A stretch of DNA of 64,000 nucleotides from Eledone cirrhosa (GCA_964016885.1 OZ024740.1:367474001-367538000), one strand, 5' to 3'. Numbered from the stretch's first letter, positions 13,537 through 29,402 are shown. Made by a program: numbers and translations. Notes: generated by a model from the letters alone, not told the origin.

Positions 13537-14369
13537 TTTAAAATATTTTAATTTTTTTATATTTTAGAATTGTTTTGTATTTAAAATTATATTGATATAA
13601 TTATATTTCCAAAATATAATCCTTTTGTATTTTATGTACTCAATTATACTATGTACTATATTGATGTATACTTATCTCTATACGTATTTGTATCTATATG
13701 TGTATATTAGCATACATATACATGTGTTATATGCATTTTTATGAATATATGTCTGTCTGTATTTATACATGCGTGACGCGTGTCTACCAATTGGCTGAGG
13801 ATGCACACACATGTATATATATGCATATGTAAGAATTGTGTGTGTACATGTTATATGATATGTAGTTTCTTTAGCAATATATAGATTTCTTAATGTTTAA
13901 ATTCCAATTTTTAATATATTGATCTCAATTTTTAAACTAAATATCTAATCATAGTTAAACAATGATTAATTTCTCATATTATATATGCATATTCCATTCA
14001 TGAATATTAATATTTCTAATTTTATTTATTCATTTCATCTCAATTGTTAACTTAACTTAATAGGACATGACTTAAGGTTTTCGTTCTCTCCCCCTCTCTC
14101 TATCTCCATATTTCTCTCTCTCGATTTTTTTTCTCTCTGTCTGGTGTTTTGATATCTCTCTCTCGTTTTTCTCTCTTTTTTTCTTTTTTCTTTTTTCTTT
14201 CTCCCTTTTCTCCCTCTCCGCTTTTCTCTCTCTCCGTCTTTTTCCTTCTCTGTAACACAACGACTTACTAATATAAGTAAACAAATCCACTATGCCGATG
14301 TCTTCCAAAAGTAACGGTTGCATTTTGAAAGGGTATGTCAATATTTATTTATAAAACTGGTATATATTG

Positions 14370-14434
14370 TATTTTGTCTGATAAAAGCATACCATAATTT
14401 AAGATGGTATCCTTGAAATATGTATAATAAAATA
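14370..14434 (+). ncRNA. Hammerhead motif with a G8A core change
   Basis: tattttgt-CTGATAA-aagcatacca...tggtatcctt-GAAA-tatgta-TA-ataaaata. Confidence 0.65.
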
Positions 14435-14561
14435 GATATGGTTTTATAAATATAGTTTCCATTTGTTAATATCGTATATTTATTCCAATTACTTGTCGAG
14501 TGCTTTATATCAGTTATAAAAATATTTGCTTGTTGTATCACAACAATCTAAATAGAACTTT

Positions 14562-14816
<255 letters not shown>

Positions 14817-15212
14817 GACCCCTTAGCCTCAAGGCAGAATTCTAGGAGAAGGAAAACTCTGATATAACACTTGCAACCCTGATGGTATCCGATGATGTTG
14901 ACTTGTTCTTCTTTTTGGTAAATATCATCTTGGTTAAGAGAGTGGGACTGGCTTTGTGCAGTGCCTTTGCTCACTATAAAAGCTCCACGGCACAGGCATT
15001 GCTTTGTATCTGGATATCTCTCTGCACTTGTCGTCACATGGTACCAAAGGCAAAGCACTATGTGTCAATAATTGTCACAAGTGTAGTGTTTGTACCAGAG
15101 TTTTCAAGTCGCTGGCTGGACTAAAAAGTCACACTCGTTCAGCGCATCGGTAGGGGTTCTCCTACATGGATATAAAGTAGTGGCCGTACTCGAAAACGAG
15201 TTGGCAGCCACC
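14817..15212 (+). mobile_element. Short RTE-derived element (internally deleted)
   Basis: RTE-like 5' motif ctaggagaaggaaaactctga; C2H2 remnant HKCSVCTRVFKSLAGLKSHTRSAH; 3' end ggccgtactcgaaaacgagttggcagcca matches 45265-45295. Confidence 0.6.
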
Positions 15213-16015
15213 ATATATATATATATATATATGTATGTATACAAATATATGCAACTTATCGAATCCCGTTTGGATTTTGGTCTTGGTATCTCTTATTATT
15301 ATCATTATTATTAATTTTATGACTACGTATAAGTATATATATTTGTGTGATTTCTATAACGATATATAAGTGTTCTTCACTTTGTACGGTACTGTGCACT
15401 AAATAAAGATTTTTTAATCAACGAGATAGAGGATTTTTAACTCAAGATTATTAAATCAATTTTATATTAAATCAATTTTTTTTCTTCCATCTATTCTGTA
15501 TCCTCTAAGACGCAATAACATGGAGACTTTCAATATTGTATTACACATATTGCAAATCTCCTTCAAACATAAATCAACGCATGCTAAACTATATATAGAA
15601 AAAAACTTCCAACAACTGCAATAACAGCATACTGGCTTCCTTTTCCTAGTGATCCATCTTTCAAGGCCTGCTTACATATGCCCATGTAGATGTGCACACA
15701 CACAGGCACATACACCCACAAACATAGGCACACACACACATACACACGTACACACACGCACGCGCGCGCGTGCGCGCACACACACATACATTGAGAGATG
15801 GCAAAATGAATGGACTTGTTACTTTTATCTAAAAACATTTTTTCCCGATTCCGCCCTGCCCGCCCCTTCAATCATACTAATTTCTCATTCTTTCTTCTGA
15901 TGCAAGACTAGCGTCCGAAACTTTAAGACACTCTTCCATTCATTTCAAGCATTAAACTAACATAGTCCTTCCTTATACTGTACCGAATGTGTTGTTCCTT
16001 GTTTACTTTTTACAT

Positions 16016-16089
<74 letters not shown>

Positions 16090-16493
16090 ACAAATACTTA
16101 ATATCAATGCAGATATCAACGGTTAAAAATGATAGGAAAACGTTTTCGGGAGTTAAGGAATTAATAGCCGGGGGAAGTACAGATGTATATATATGTCACC
16201 AATTATGGTGTAATTAACAGGTAGAATTATACTATGACGTATATTGTCGCAGTGAAAATTTAGGTTAAGGAAATACAATTTAGAAATAATCGTATGGATT
16301 ATTTTTTTCAGTTTTACAAATTGAAAATATAAATATCAAGCATATCATTTATTAAATAAGACTAATTCATTTATAACGGATAGAAATGTTTCCTCAGAAG
16401 ACGATAAGAAATATTCATAGCAGAAGATAATGACACAAAATCACCGCTCAATATATACTTACATTCCTCAACAGGTACATAATCTAACATAGA

Positions 16494-16593
<100 letters not shown>

Positions 16594-16727
16594 TCAGAGG
16601 TTATATTTAAGTTGTTGGGATTCAACAAGTTTAAACATTTTTGTAACTGATATAAAACACTCAACAGTTTAGTGGGGTAAATACATAGTATATTAATAAA
16701 TGGAAACTATATTTATAAAACCATATT

Positions 16728-16793
16728 TATTTTACTATATATATTTCAAGGGCAACCAAGCCAAATTATGGTGCGCTTTCATCAGATAAAATA
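16728..16793 (-). ncRNA. Intact type I hammerhead ribozyme
   Basis: tattttat-CTGATGA-aagcgcacca...tggttgccctt-GAAA-tatata-TA-gtaaaata: 8-bp helix I and palindromic helix III loop. Confidence 0.85.
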
Positions 16794-17751
16794 CAGATTT
16801 GTTTTATAAATAAATATTGACATACCCGGAAATAAGACAACCTTAACGGTTGGAGCTTCCTTGATAGCGGAGATAATATTTTATTGAGGGTAATACAAAG
16901 TTATGAGTGAGTATGCAAATGAGTGTCCGAAAAGTTGAAAAGATAACGGTTTATTTAATTAAACTGTTGGGAGAAGAGGATATGTAAGGGAGAGAGAAGA
17001 AAAGAAGAAAGCAATAACGATTATACATAGTGATAGTGAAGATAGTCAAAGTGAACGAGGAAATAAACAGAGCGTAAATATATCTAAGTGAAAGAAGAAG
17101 TGAAAGAAGAAATAAGGTTAACGTGGAAGAATAATATTTAGAATGTAGGGTTCAGTACGTTGTGATTATAATATTTATAATAAGTTGAAAAATTTGAAAA
17201 ATTGGATTAAAATTAAATATCAACATTAAAGATTAAAATTTACTTTATTATTAAAAATTTAATTTAATATTAATATTATAATTAAAAATTAAAAATTAAA
17301 ATTAAAACAGAAGTATTTATATTATATTAAGATGTATTAGTAATAATATTTTGGTTTAGATGTGTATGTTATGGATTATAAATTATTTAAATGTATAGTA
17401 TTTTACATTAGAGAAAATCTAGTATAGTTTATTTGATTAAAGTAAGTCTGGCAAAATTATATTTATTAATAGTTGTAAGTCAAAACTTAAACATCCAAAT
17501 AATTCCAAATTTATGAAAGTTTACGAGAGTTTACAAAGGAATAACTACTTAATTAGATTATAAAAACTGTAAGGAAGTATAAAGGAAGTTAGAAGTGATT
17601 TTTGAAGAACACAAATGACTCCAAGAATACAGAAAAAATCTTTTTTTATGAGAAGTCATAAATGTTATAAAGTTAAAAAAATTATCTTAAGAATATAATT
17701 AAAACATAAACCATATGTTATTTTATAAGAAGTCATAAATTTATCTTAATA

Positions 17752-17936
17752 ATTGTTTCTACTTTTTGGCACAAAGCCAGCAAATTATCCAGTACATTAC
17801 TGGTACTTTATTTTATCGACCCCGTAAGGATGAAAGGCAAAGTTAACCTCGGTGGGATTCGAACTCAGAATGACAAGGACCGTAACTCTGTGCGTCAAAC
17901 ATAGCGTCCAACCCTCTACCGATACTGCCAATCCAC
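17752..17936 (-). mobile_element. tRNA-derived SINE inside the PLE 3' UTR
   Basis: Same family as 4885-5071; B box GAGTTCGAATCC on the minus strand. Confidence 0.85.
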
Positions 17937-20496
17937 ATAATTAAAACAAAACCATAGGTTATTTTATAAGAAGTCATAAATGTTATAAAGTTAAAAAATG
18001 TATCTTAAGAATATAATTAAAACATAAACCATAGGTTATTCCACATATATTTATAAACCATATGTCATTCCACATATATATAAATATTTGGATATATATT
18101 AAAAATGTTTGAAGATATAAAATATTGGAAGATATGAAAATAATGGTTTTTCCATATCTTTCAAAGGAACTTTCAAAGGATTTACCAAGAATTCTCTAAA
18201 ACCTTCAGAAAGTCTATCAAGGAAAATTTTTCTTAAAAGAATTTCAAGTGATCATATAAAAGTAAATTTATGACATAGAGATAATAGAAAGTAAATTAAA
18301 TATATATGAATTATATATAGATATAATCTGAGGGATGAAGTTGTAGGTGGTTGGTTATAGAAAACGTTATGTAAAGGAGATTACCCATATATTACATTTT
18401 ATGTATATATCTAAAAGTTGAGTTTAAAGGATGTTTACAAGAACTAAATAAATTATTACGCAAATTAATAGAGTTCTTAGTTTTAGTATAAAGAATATTT
18501 CTTCAACGCAAAGAGAGCAATTTTTGGATAGAGCTGTGTATGATGGAGCTTTGGAGATAATTTCCCAAGATAAAGAATAGTTAATATTCTTGGATTTTAA
18601 GTTCCATAATAAGTTGGATAGAGAAGTTGAAGATTTTAACCAATATTCGTAAAGGAACATTTATGCTTATTGAAACGGGATTTGGAGTCTGTGAAAGTAG
18701 AGCCGACATAGTTAAAGGAATTTTCATTGGTTTTGACATTACAATTGTATACTATATTTTTAACTAAACAGTTATTGTTTAGAGGACAGTTAGATTTATT
18801 TCTACAATTACATTTATCTGAATTTATATTATTGGAAGCCGTAACATTATATTGGATATTGCTAGAGGTATTAATGCTATTCTGGTTAGGGTTTAAGTTT
18901 CTATTATTAATTCTATTAATATTCTGCGCTAAATTCATAGTGGTGGAATATGAGAGTTTAATAGTATGTCTATTAAAGATTGAGTAATACCTGTGTGTCT
19001 TAGGAAAACACTTATCTAGAGCTTTAAAAAATAGTTTAGCTATTGGAGTTTTAATACTTAATGAGAAAGGGGGAGTGAACCATAATATATTTCTAGTTCT
19101 ATTTCTTCTTTTTATTTTCGAGTTAGTGCAAGGTTTCCTATTATAGTTAATATTATAGTTATGGTTAATTGGCACATCCATATTATCAATGTATTTAATT
19201 TCATTACTATAGCCTGCTCTACTTAACGCTTCGTTATAATATTGTGCCTTATCTTCAAATATATTTTTATTCGCTGAAATTCTAGAAATACGTTGCTGCA
19301 CAGAATTTACAATAGTGTTTTTAACGGATCTGGGGTGATTGGAATTAAAGTTAACATAGTTTAAATTCTCATTGATTTTATGAAATGGATAATAAATACC
19401 AGTATTAAGGATTAAAGTTACATCTAAAAAAATAACTATTTTATAATTATTCTCTACTTCTACTTTAAGATTAAAGCTATTAAAAAATTGTATAATTTCT
19501 TTTCTTTTCCTATTTATTTCACAATTATTATTATTTTCAATAAGCAATAGCATATCGTCACGATATAAACCACCGGTCATCTCTGGTATTTCCCTATGTA
19601 AAGTATTGTTAATAAAAAGCCCCACAAGATCCGTTAATTGCGCCGAGTCCGATGACCCCATAGTGATATCGAAATTGTTATCCCCATCTGCTCTAGTCCA
19701 AAGGTGGTTGCTAAATTTAATTAATGTTTTACGTGCAGTTAAGATGATGTGCATTTCATTGGTAGATAAATCAGTATATTTAAATGCATATGTAAGGGCT
19801 TTACTAAGTAAATTAGGAGTGATAGATGAGTAATAATTAGCAATATCCAATTGAATGAATTTATTATTATGCTTATATTTAATGTCCTTAAACAGGTCAA
19901 TAACTTCATTAGTCCCATTCCATAATTTTAAATAAGATATTTCCTTAAGTTGTGGTATTATTCTATCTAGAATATTTTTGCTAAGTATGCTAAGGTCCGA
20001 TTTAGATGATGCAATCAGTCTAACTGGTAATTCAATTTAATTTCAAAATTTATTTTATGGTCATTCAAATTGATTTTTGGTTACCTAGGTATGAAGGGTT
20101 GAGTCCTATTTTCTATGCCTAATTCCTGGATTATATAAGAAGCTTCAGTATTTAGTCGTTCAAGGTCTTCATTGGTTGCTCTTTTGTAATTTTTCCTTAA
20201 TTCCTTCAATATAAGATTATTGTAATCATCCTGTTGCATTCCATAAAGATGGTTGGTTTTATCTGATTTGACAATAATTTTTTCCGTTTTTTCAAAGTTT
20301 TCTATATTATTTTTTTTAGACATTTGAGGTAATCCTGGCCTACAAAATGTTTTTTCTTAAATTTAATGTTTTGTATGATGGAAATAATCTCATTTTCAAA
20401 TTCCATTAATAGTTTGTTGGAAGGTGAATTCTTTTTGGATTTGAAGATTTTATCAAGATTGGAAATATTTTCTTTCGCATCAGATTCTTTAACGAA

Positions 20497-20837
20497 ATGG
20501 TTTTATAAATATAGTTTCCATTTATTAATATACTGTGTATTTACTCCACTAACATGTTGAGTGCTTTATATCAGTTATACATGTGTTTAAGCTTGTTGAA
20601 TCCCAACAAATTAAATATAACCTCTGCATATATTTAGCTCCTTTATTTTTGAGCGCTTTAAATTATAACTGATTAAAAATGGAATTCTTTAGGATCTCTT
20701 CCTCTCTAAAAGACATACCTTTACTTAAGAATAAAGACTTTCTAAAACAACTTATCGAAAAATCGTACTCGTTTATAAGAAGACTTAGATGGCGTGCTTT
20801 TCATTTCGATAAAAAATCTGATGCGAAAGAATGCTAA
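20497..20837 (+). mobile_element. Inverted 5' part of the preceding PLE: terminal repeat plus ORF start
   Basis: 20497-20630 is the reverse complement of 16593-16724. ATG at 20679 opens MEFFRISSSLKDIP...FIRRLRWRAFHFDKKSDAKE, overlapping HFVKESDAKE on the minus strand at 20470-20499. Confidence 0.8.
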
Positions 20838-21009
20838 ATTTTGTTACAGAATGCTATTGTTTCGCCATTTTTAGAAATGATGAAAATAGCATTTTCTAGT
20901 AATCATCACCATCAACATCACTTTTATTATTATTATTGTAGTTGTTGTTGTTAGTGGTGGGAGTCGACATGGTCGTAATCATAGTCATAGTAGGATTAAT
21001 ACCCCATTA

Positions 21010-23090
21010 TTATTGTTCATTTAGCTTGGGTTGGAATTTATCAATAACATTCTTTTCTTTGATTTTTCTCTTGATTTCACTTGGGCTGTGTAATTTGTAG
21101 AATGGAAATATTAAAAATATTTTCTTACCACATGTTGCTAGATGGTTACTCAGGGGTATCTGACGGACATTTGGGTCTCTGATTTGCTGTCGGTGCATCC
21201 GTGCACGTTCCGATAGTACATTTCCAGTTTGACCAACATATAGTTCTTCACAATTCGGGCATTTAATGCAGTAAATTAGATTTCTGCTTTTGCAGTTCAT
21301 ATTTGCATTTGGGAATATTTTTCCAGTTTTTGTGTTCATATATTGACCGGTGTGTATGGATTGGCATGTGCACATCAATTATCATTGCATTTAGATACAG
21401 TAAATGATTGGTCTTTTTGTTAAGGTCAAACTTTTTACTAAGAATCAAAGATCGGTCTGTGATTAAGCCTTTTAATTCATTACTTTGAGCAATGATCGGT
21501 AGGTTTAGAAGTGTTGAAGATATTCTGGTGACATGGGTTGTGTGTCATTATAAATGGTATGACCAGTTCTTTGTTTCTTCTTCCTTGGGTTGTCCTAAGT
21601 TGTTGTATAGGTATTTATATAGCCCGCTGTATGCCATTTTCTATAAGTAGAGATGGGTATTTTTGTTTGAGCAAAAATTCTCTTAGTTCTGTTAGGCGTT
21701 TGTACCTGGTATTCGTATCTTCTACAATGGTACAAATTCTTCTGGCTAGGCAGTATGGGATGTTGCGTTTTGTATGAGGTGGATGGCACGACTTAAAATT
21801 CAGATATTGATGGGTGTCTGTGTGTTTATAATATATATCCGTGGTAATGGTGGTGTCGTTTTTGATTACCATTATATCTAGGAATGGTAATTTTGTACTA
21901 CTTATCTCTTTTGTGAATTGGAGAGATGGGTGTATGTTATTCAGGGGGATATTTGAACTCATCCAGAGTATCTAGAGATTCTGTCCAGATGATGAAACAG
22001 TCGTCAAGGTATCTCTTCCAATATTTTTCAATGTACTTTCTAAAGTCAGTGCTATATTTTTCCTCTATTTCTTGGTAGAGTTGTTGTTCTAAGTATCCCA
22101 TTAGAGAGTTCGCGTAAACGGGAGCAAACTTCGTTCCCATCGCCGTGCCTCTAATTTGGATGTAATTCTTTCCATTGAAGAAGAAAGTGTTGTTTTCCAG
22201 AATAAGTTTGACTGCGTCTAATATAAGTGGCGCTGTGAATCTGATGGGAATCACTTCTCTGTGTTTTTCCACCCGGTATTTAACCGCCTTTATTCCTAAA
22301 TAATGTGTAATGTTGGTGTATAGTGGTTTCAAAATAATGTCAACAAAATTGCTTAGACGGTTGGTAGGGCATGTTGGACCAGCTGTAATAGGGCTAAGTT
22401 TTAAGGCTTTTGGGTGTAGTAATTTAATGTACTCACTGTTTTGTTCTTTTACTGCCAGTTGGATTTCTTTTGACTTATGAACTTTCGGTAGGCCATACAG
22501 ATTTCTGGGTTTTGGCTCAAAATTGGTGATCAGTATGTGAGTTGTGGTATTTTGAAGCCAGGTTGTTGATCTTCTTCATGAGGTTGTGGGCTATATTTGA
22601 CGGTATTTCATGATATAATGTTGTGTCTTTCAGTTGTTCCTCAACCAAATCTTTGTAGTATTCAGCATCCATTATAATAACTGCACCCCCTTTATTTGCA
22701 TGTTTAATTATTATTGTTTTATCATTTTGTAAACGTTTAAGTGCAGACATTTCTGATTTGTTAATGCTTGGTCTAACATTAGTATTACGTCTAAGAGGAA
22801 ATTAATTATTTCAGGATGTAAATGTATTGGTCGAGATAGATATTTCTTCCTTTTGGCGGAGTGAAATTTGATTTATTCTTTACTAATGATTCATCACTCT
22901 CATTACGTTTATCAGCTAAGAATTCTACAAGTTGTAATATTCGACAGAATTCTTGGGTATCCTCCTTCAGTTCTTGGTGGTTGACTCTTGGAGTCGGTGT
23001 GAATTTCAGTCCTTTGGACAGAATTTGCATTTCATCATTGTCAAGATCTCTTTTGGATAAATTAATTATTTTAGGATCTATGTGTACAGT
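21010..23090 (-). mobile_element. PLE (Neptune-type, tentative), RT plus GIY-YIG pseudogene
   Basis: ILSKGLKFTPTP, KGGAVIIMD, YGLPKVHK, LYTNI, GTAMGTKFAP, WKRYLDD, LPFLDI, CKSRNLIYCIKCPNC..LYVGQTG across fragment ORFs. Confidence 0.9.
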
Positions 23091-23094
23091 TGTA

Positions 23095-24527
23095 TGGTAT
23101 ACTAATGAAATAATTAATTAATTTTGGAATAACTATTTATGAAATAATTATTAGTGAAATAATCAATTTTCTGTGATTCTCAATAGGCACCCAGATAAAT
23201 TAGAGTTACTTCACCTAGGATAAATATCTTAGGACTGGTCTGTCGCATGCCAAATACATGTGCTAAATAATTGTCAATTTGCAAAAAAAACACATTAGTG
23301 TTGATCATAATTTTAAATTAAATTGTACTGTAATGCTCAGAAGTATTTCTTAGAGCTTAATAATTGTATTTGACTCCTGAGTGAAAACTCTAAATTATAA
23401 TATGTCTGCTCCCTCGGTAGAGCTGAATTCGTAATCCCATATTTACGGCTGTTATCTCTAGCCCCATGGATCTGAGCCAGGGTGCTGGGAAAAGTCGTGT
23501 GCAAAAGCACATGTATTTGGCATGCGACAGACCAGTCCTAAGATATTTATCCTAGGTGAAGTAACTCTAATTTATCTGGGTGCCTATTGAGAATCACAGA
23601 AAATTGATTATTTCACTAATAATTATTTCATAAATAGCTATTCCAAAATTAATTATTTATTTCATTAGTATACCATCGTTTGTGAAACAGGTTTATTTTT
23701 TGAAGTTCGGACTGATCTGCTGAAAAGGTTTGAATTTTGTAATTTAAACTTGTCCAGGCACCAGGGCAGTTGCCATTATACGTCTGTAAGTATAGATTTA
23801 TTATTTTTTAGATCGATACAGGCGGACTATATGTACTTGAATTAAGGTATTTCTATCTGGCTAAATTATTGTCAATTTGCAAAAAAAAACACATTAGTGT
23901 TGATCATAATTTTATATTAAATTGTACTGTAATGCTCAGAAGTATTTCTTAGAGCTTAATAATTGTATTTGACTCCTGAGGGAAAACTCTAAATTATAAT
24001 ATGTCTGTTCCTTCGGTAGAGCTGAATTCGTAATCCCATATTTACGGCTGTTATTTCCAGCGCCATGGATATGAGCCAGAGTGCTGGGAAAAGTCGTGTG
24101 CAAAAGCACATGTATTTGGCATGCGATAGACCAGTCCTAAGATATTTATCCTAGGTGAAGTAACTCTAATTTATCTGGGTGCCTATTGAGAATCACAGAA
24201 AATTGATTATTTCACTAATAATTATTTCATAAATAGTTATTCCAAAATTAATTAATTATTTCATTAGTATACCAGCCTTTGCGAAACAGGTTTATTTTTT
24301 GAAGTTCGGACTGATCTGCTGAAAAGGTTTGAATTTTGTAATTTAAACTTGTCTAGGCACCAGGGCAGTTGCCATTATACGTCTGTAAGTATAGATTTAT
24401 TATTTTTTAGATCGATACAGGCGGACTATATGTACTTGAATTAAGGTATTTCTATCTGGCTAAATTATTGTCTATTTGCAAAAAAAACACATTAGTGTTG
24501 ATCATAATTTTATATTAATTTGTACTA
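23095..24527. repeat. ~599-bp unit, 2.1 tandem copies (starting 23263, 23862, 24461), plus an inverted 170-bp part at 23095-23264
   Basis: ctaaa.tattgtc.atttgcaaaaaaa.cacattagtg recurs three times; 23095-23264 is the reverse complement of 23507-23677. Confidence 0.9.
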
Positions 24528-24639
24528 TATATATATATATATACATATATATACATATATATTTATATACATATATATATACATATACATATACATATAT
24601 ATATACATACATATATATGCATACGTATATATGCATATA

Positions 24640-24671
<32 letters not shown>

Positions 24672-24684
24672 CATATATATATAC

Positions 24685-24737
<53 letters not shown>

Positions 24738-24959
24738 CATATATATATGTATAAATAGATGTACAAAACACACCCCACCAAAATCTGTGAAGTATCCCCC
24801 AAAACAGAAAAACAATTATCAGAAAAATAAAAAGAACAAACAAAAAAATTAACACACTAGAATACTGCCAACAGCAACACACACATTCAATGGCTATCAC
24901 CCTGCTTGAGTCAAAAAATATAACCTCCAGCAATGCATGATGACAATCATCAATAACCA

Positions 24960-26868
24960 GAGAATAGCTGAAGAGAGGTGGGCCGTTGAGAAAATCAAAC
25001 TCAACCCCAACGTGTTCTTCTCATTCGCTAAAAAAACACAAGGTCACCGTCTCCACTGTTGGCCCCCTAGTTGATGAAAATGGCACACTCCAGGACAATG
25101 CCACAACCATGGGCGAGATACTGCAGAAACAATACTGCTCTGTTTTCAGCAACCCTGATATGGTCGATCTGGGCCGTTTCCGTGATAAAACCCCCAACAC
25201 ACTATATAAGACATAACGTTTGGCGCCTCTGATGTCTTAGCGGCAATAAACGAATTAAACACAATTCAGCAGTAGGCCCCGACAGATTCCCTGCTTGCGT
25301 CCTGAAGGTATGTCGACACCAACTTGCAACTCCTCTTGCTAATCTGTGGATGAACTCACTGGACACTGGCTATATTCCTGAAAACTTTCTGTCCCAGTCC
25401 GTTGTCCCAGTCTTCAAATAGGGAAATAAGTCCCTTGCATATTATCAAGGCATTTGAGAGAGTGGTGAGATCACGAATAACCCACTTTCTTGAAATCAAC
25501 GGCCTGCTGAACTCCAACCAACATGGATTCCGTAATGGAAGGGACTGCCTAAGGCAGCTCCTGCATCACTTTGACGATGTTTTGAGGGCCTTGGGAGAGG
25601 GCTCCAACACTGATGTCATCTACCTCGATTTCAGCAAGGCCTTCGACAGGGTTGATCATAAGATTCTACTGAAAAAACTATCCAATGTTGGTGTCTCTGG
25701 AAGGTTACTACAGTGGATCAAATGTTTCCTGACAGGCAGAACGCAGCATGTCGTAGTCGAAGGAGTAAAATCAAGCCTTGCCAAAGTCAGCAGTGGCGTC
25801 CCACAAGGCACTCTGTTGGGCCCACTTCTTTTCATCATCTACATTAATGACATTACTGACATCATCAAGCACAGCAACATAAGAATCTTCGCAGATGATT
25901 CCAAGCTCAAAAGGGTCATCAATGAGGTTGGTGACCGGACTTGCCTTCAGTCAGACCTACTGGCTGTTATCCAATGGGCAGAGATGAATAATATGCTGTT
26001 GAATGAGGATAAATTTGAACTAATCTACTTTGGAAAAAAAGGATGCCCTGAAACTACCATACTCTCTTCCTTCGGGTGAAACTCTAGTGGCTTCCAATAA
26101 CATCAGAGACCTGGGAGTAGTTGTGGACAACAATATAAGCTGGGCCACTCATATAAACAGCAAAGTTGATATGGCCTGCAGAATGTGTTCCTGGATTCTC
26201 AGAACTTTCCAGTCGAGAGATATCCACACTGTTGTCCTTCTCTTCTCCACTTTTGCCCGACTCCACCTTGAATACTGTTGTCCACTGTGGTCACTCCACA
26301 CGAAACAAAGTATCATGAAAGTAAGTTGAAGCACCCCAAAGGTCAATTACAAAAAAGATAGTTGGTAGGACAGGCCTTGTCTATTGGAGTCGATTAGAAA
26401 ATCTCAAACTTTATTCTCTTCAACATCGCTGTGAGCACTCCATTATCTGTATGATGTGGAAAATATTCCATCAGCTTAGCCCAAATGATGTTGGCATCAC
26501 CTTTAATGTACACCCAAGGCTTGGGCCCCGTGCTATCCGCCCACGACAAAAATCTCACTCGCATCACATAACAACAATACGGCACAATTATTTCACCTCA
26601 ATTGGCCCTGCACTCTTTATCATTACACCAAAACACATCAAAGCAGAGACAGACCCCATCAAGTTCAAGAAGTCTTTGGATAAATTCCTTCAAGAAATGC
26701 CGAATGAACGTCCTACACCCGGATATGCCTCCGTAAACAATAACTCTCTTCTCGAGAGGGCCATGGTGCCCAAAGACTAATTTGTAAGACATCGCCATGT
26801 GGTGGTATTAAGTTAGACATGGCCTGGGCCAATACTGGCCGACACCTATCAAAGTTAAGTAAAGTTAC
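24960..26868 (+). mobile_element. CR1/L2-group LINE, 5'-truncated RT pseudogene
   Basis: QHGFR, DVIYLDFSKAFDRVDH, SGVPQGTLLGPLLF, IFADDSKL, RDLGVVVD, LEYCCPLW; short aagtt tail. Confidence 0.9.
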
Positions 26869-27146
26869 ATATATATAGATATATAGATATATAAATGAGA
26901 GGTATAGAGATTGTTTTAGCGAGAAGCTAACAGCATTCTATAACATATATGCGTCTATAACGTCAAGATGGGAAAAGTAGTTAACGTAAGATTTAGGAAA
27001 AATAATTTAAACTCATCTCAAAATAGTATCAGGATACAAATTCATCCACAGAATTTAGTGCAATCCAGGGAAAAATCAATAGACCTTTAACTCATGATAA
27101 AATAAAGTTCAAAACACTTATCCTTCAATTTGGAATAACATCAAAT

Positions 27147-27227
27147 GCTCTGTATAGTCTTAAAAGACTATTTCATGAAAACTTTCAGTGGAGATGGTCA
27201 CGGTTGGATTTCATTCATCAGCAGAGC
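27147..27227 (-). ncRNA. Intact type I hammerhead ribozyme
   Basis: gctctg-CTGATGA-atgaaa-(loop)-tttcat-GAAA-tagtct-ttta-agacta-TA-cagagc; all three helices pair perfectly. Confidence 0.9.
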
Positions 27228-27778
27228 TCAGCCGAAAACCAGGGCTCTCACAGTATTATAATCCGAAAAAGGTAATTCTAAAACTGGCTAGTTCGCCAAC
27301 ATGTGTAGTTATGAAAAAGCACATGGGGAAAAACGGGGCTAGTGACGTCAGGATATAAGTGAATGTTTATTTACAAGAAATAGCAGTCAAATACATTCTG
27401 AAAAAAACTCTACAAAAGGAGTTCAGCAAAAATAGCAATAATTATCACAGTTTTTATGAAAAAAACCGGGATTAGTCACAGATAGTTTAAGCACTCTAGG
27501 AAAAGAAACCGAGTATAAATATAAATGAGAGGTATAGAGATTGTTTTAGCGAGAAGCTAACAGCATTCTATAACATATATGCGACTATAACGTCAAGATG
27601 GGAAAAGTAGTTAACGTAAGATTTAGGAAAAATAATTTAAACTCATCTCAAAAGAGAATCAGGATACAAATTCATCCACAGAATTTAGTGCAATCCAGGG
27701 AAAAAACCAATAGACCTTTAACTCATGATAAATTAAAGTTCAAAACACTTATCCTTCAATTTGGAATAACATCAAATA

Positions 27779-27857
27779 CTCTGTATAGTCTTAAAAGACT
27801 ATTTCATGAAAACTTTCAGTGGAGATGGTCACGGTTGGATTTCATTCATCAGCAGAG
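27779..27857 (-). ncRNA. Intact type I hammerhead ribozyme, second copy
   Basis: Same fold, 631 bp from the first copy, with a 5-bp helix I. Confidence 0.9.
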
Positions 27858-27883
27858 CTCAGCCGAAAACCAGGGCTCTCACA

Positions 27884-28988
<1,105 letters not shown>

Positions 28989-29061
28989 GTTATTCCGGGT
29001 TGAATCGGAGGTAACCACAGTAAGTAAGGTACTCAATACATTGCAGAGTATAACAGTTTTA

Positions 29062-29278
<217 letters not shown>

Positions 29279-29291
29279 GTGTATATAAATA

Positions 29292-29361
<70 letters not shown>

Positions 29362-29402
29362 TATATTTGTGTATATATATGTATAAATATATATGTGTAT
29401 AT

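Noticed and set aside
15891-15935. CTGATGC...GAAA hammerhead-like string
   Set aside because: Core mismatch and no convincing helix I or III.
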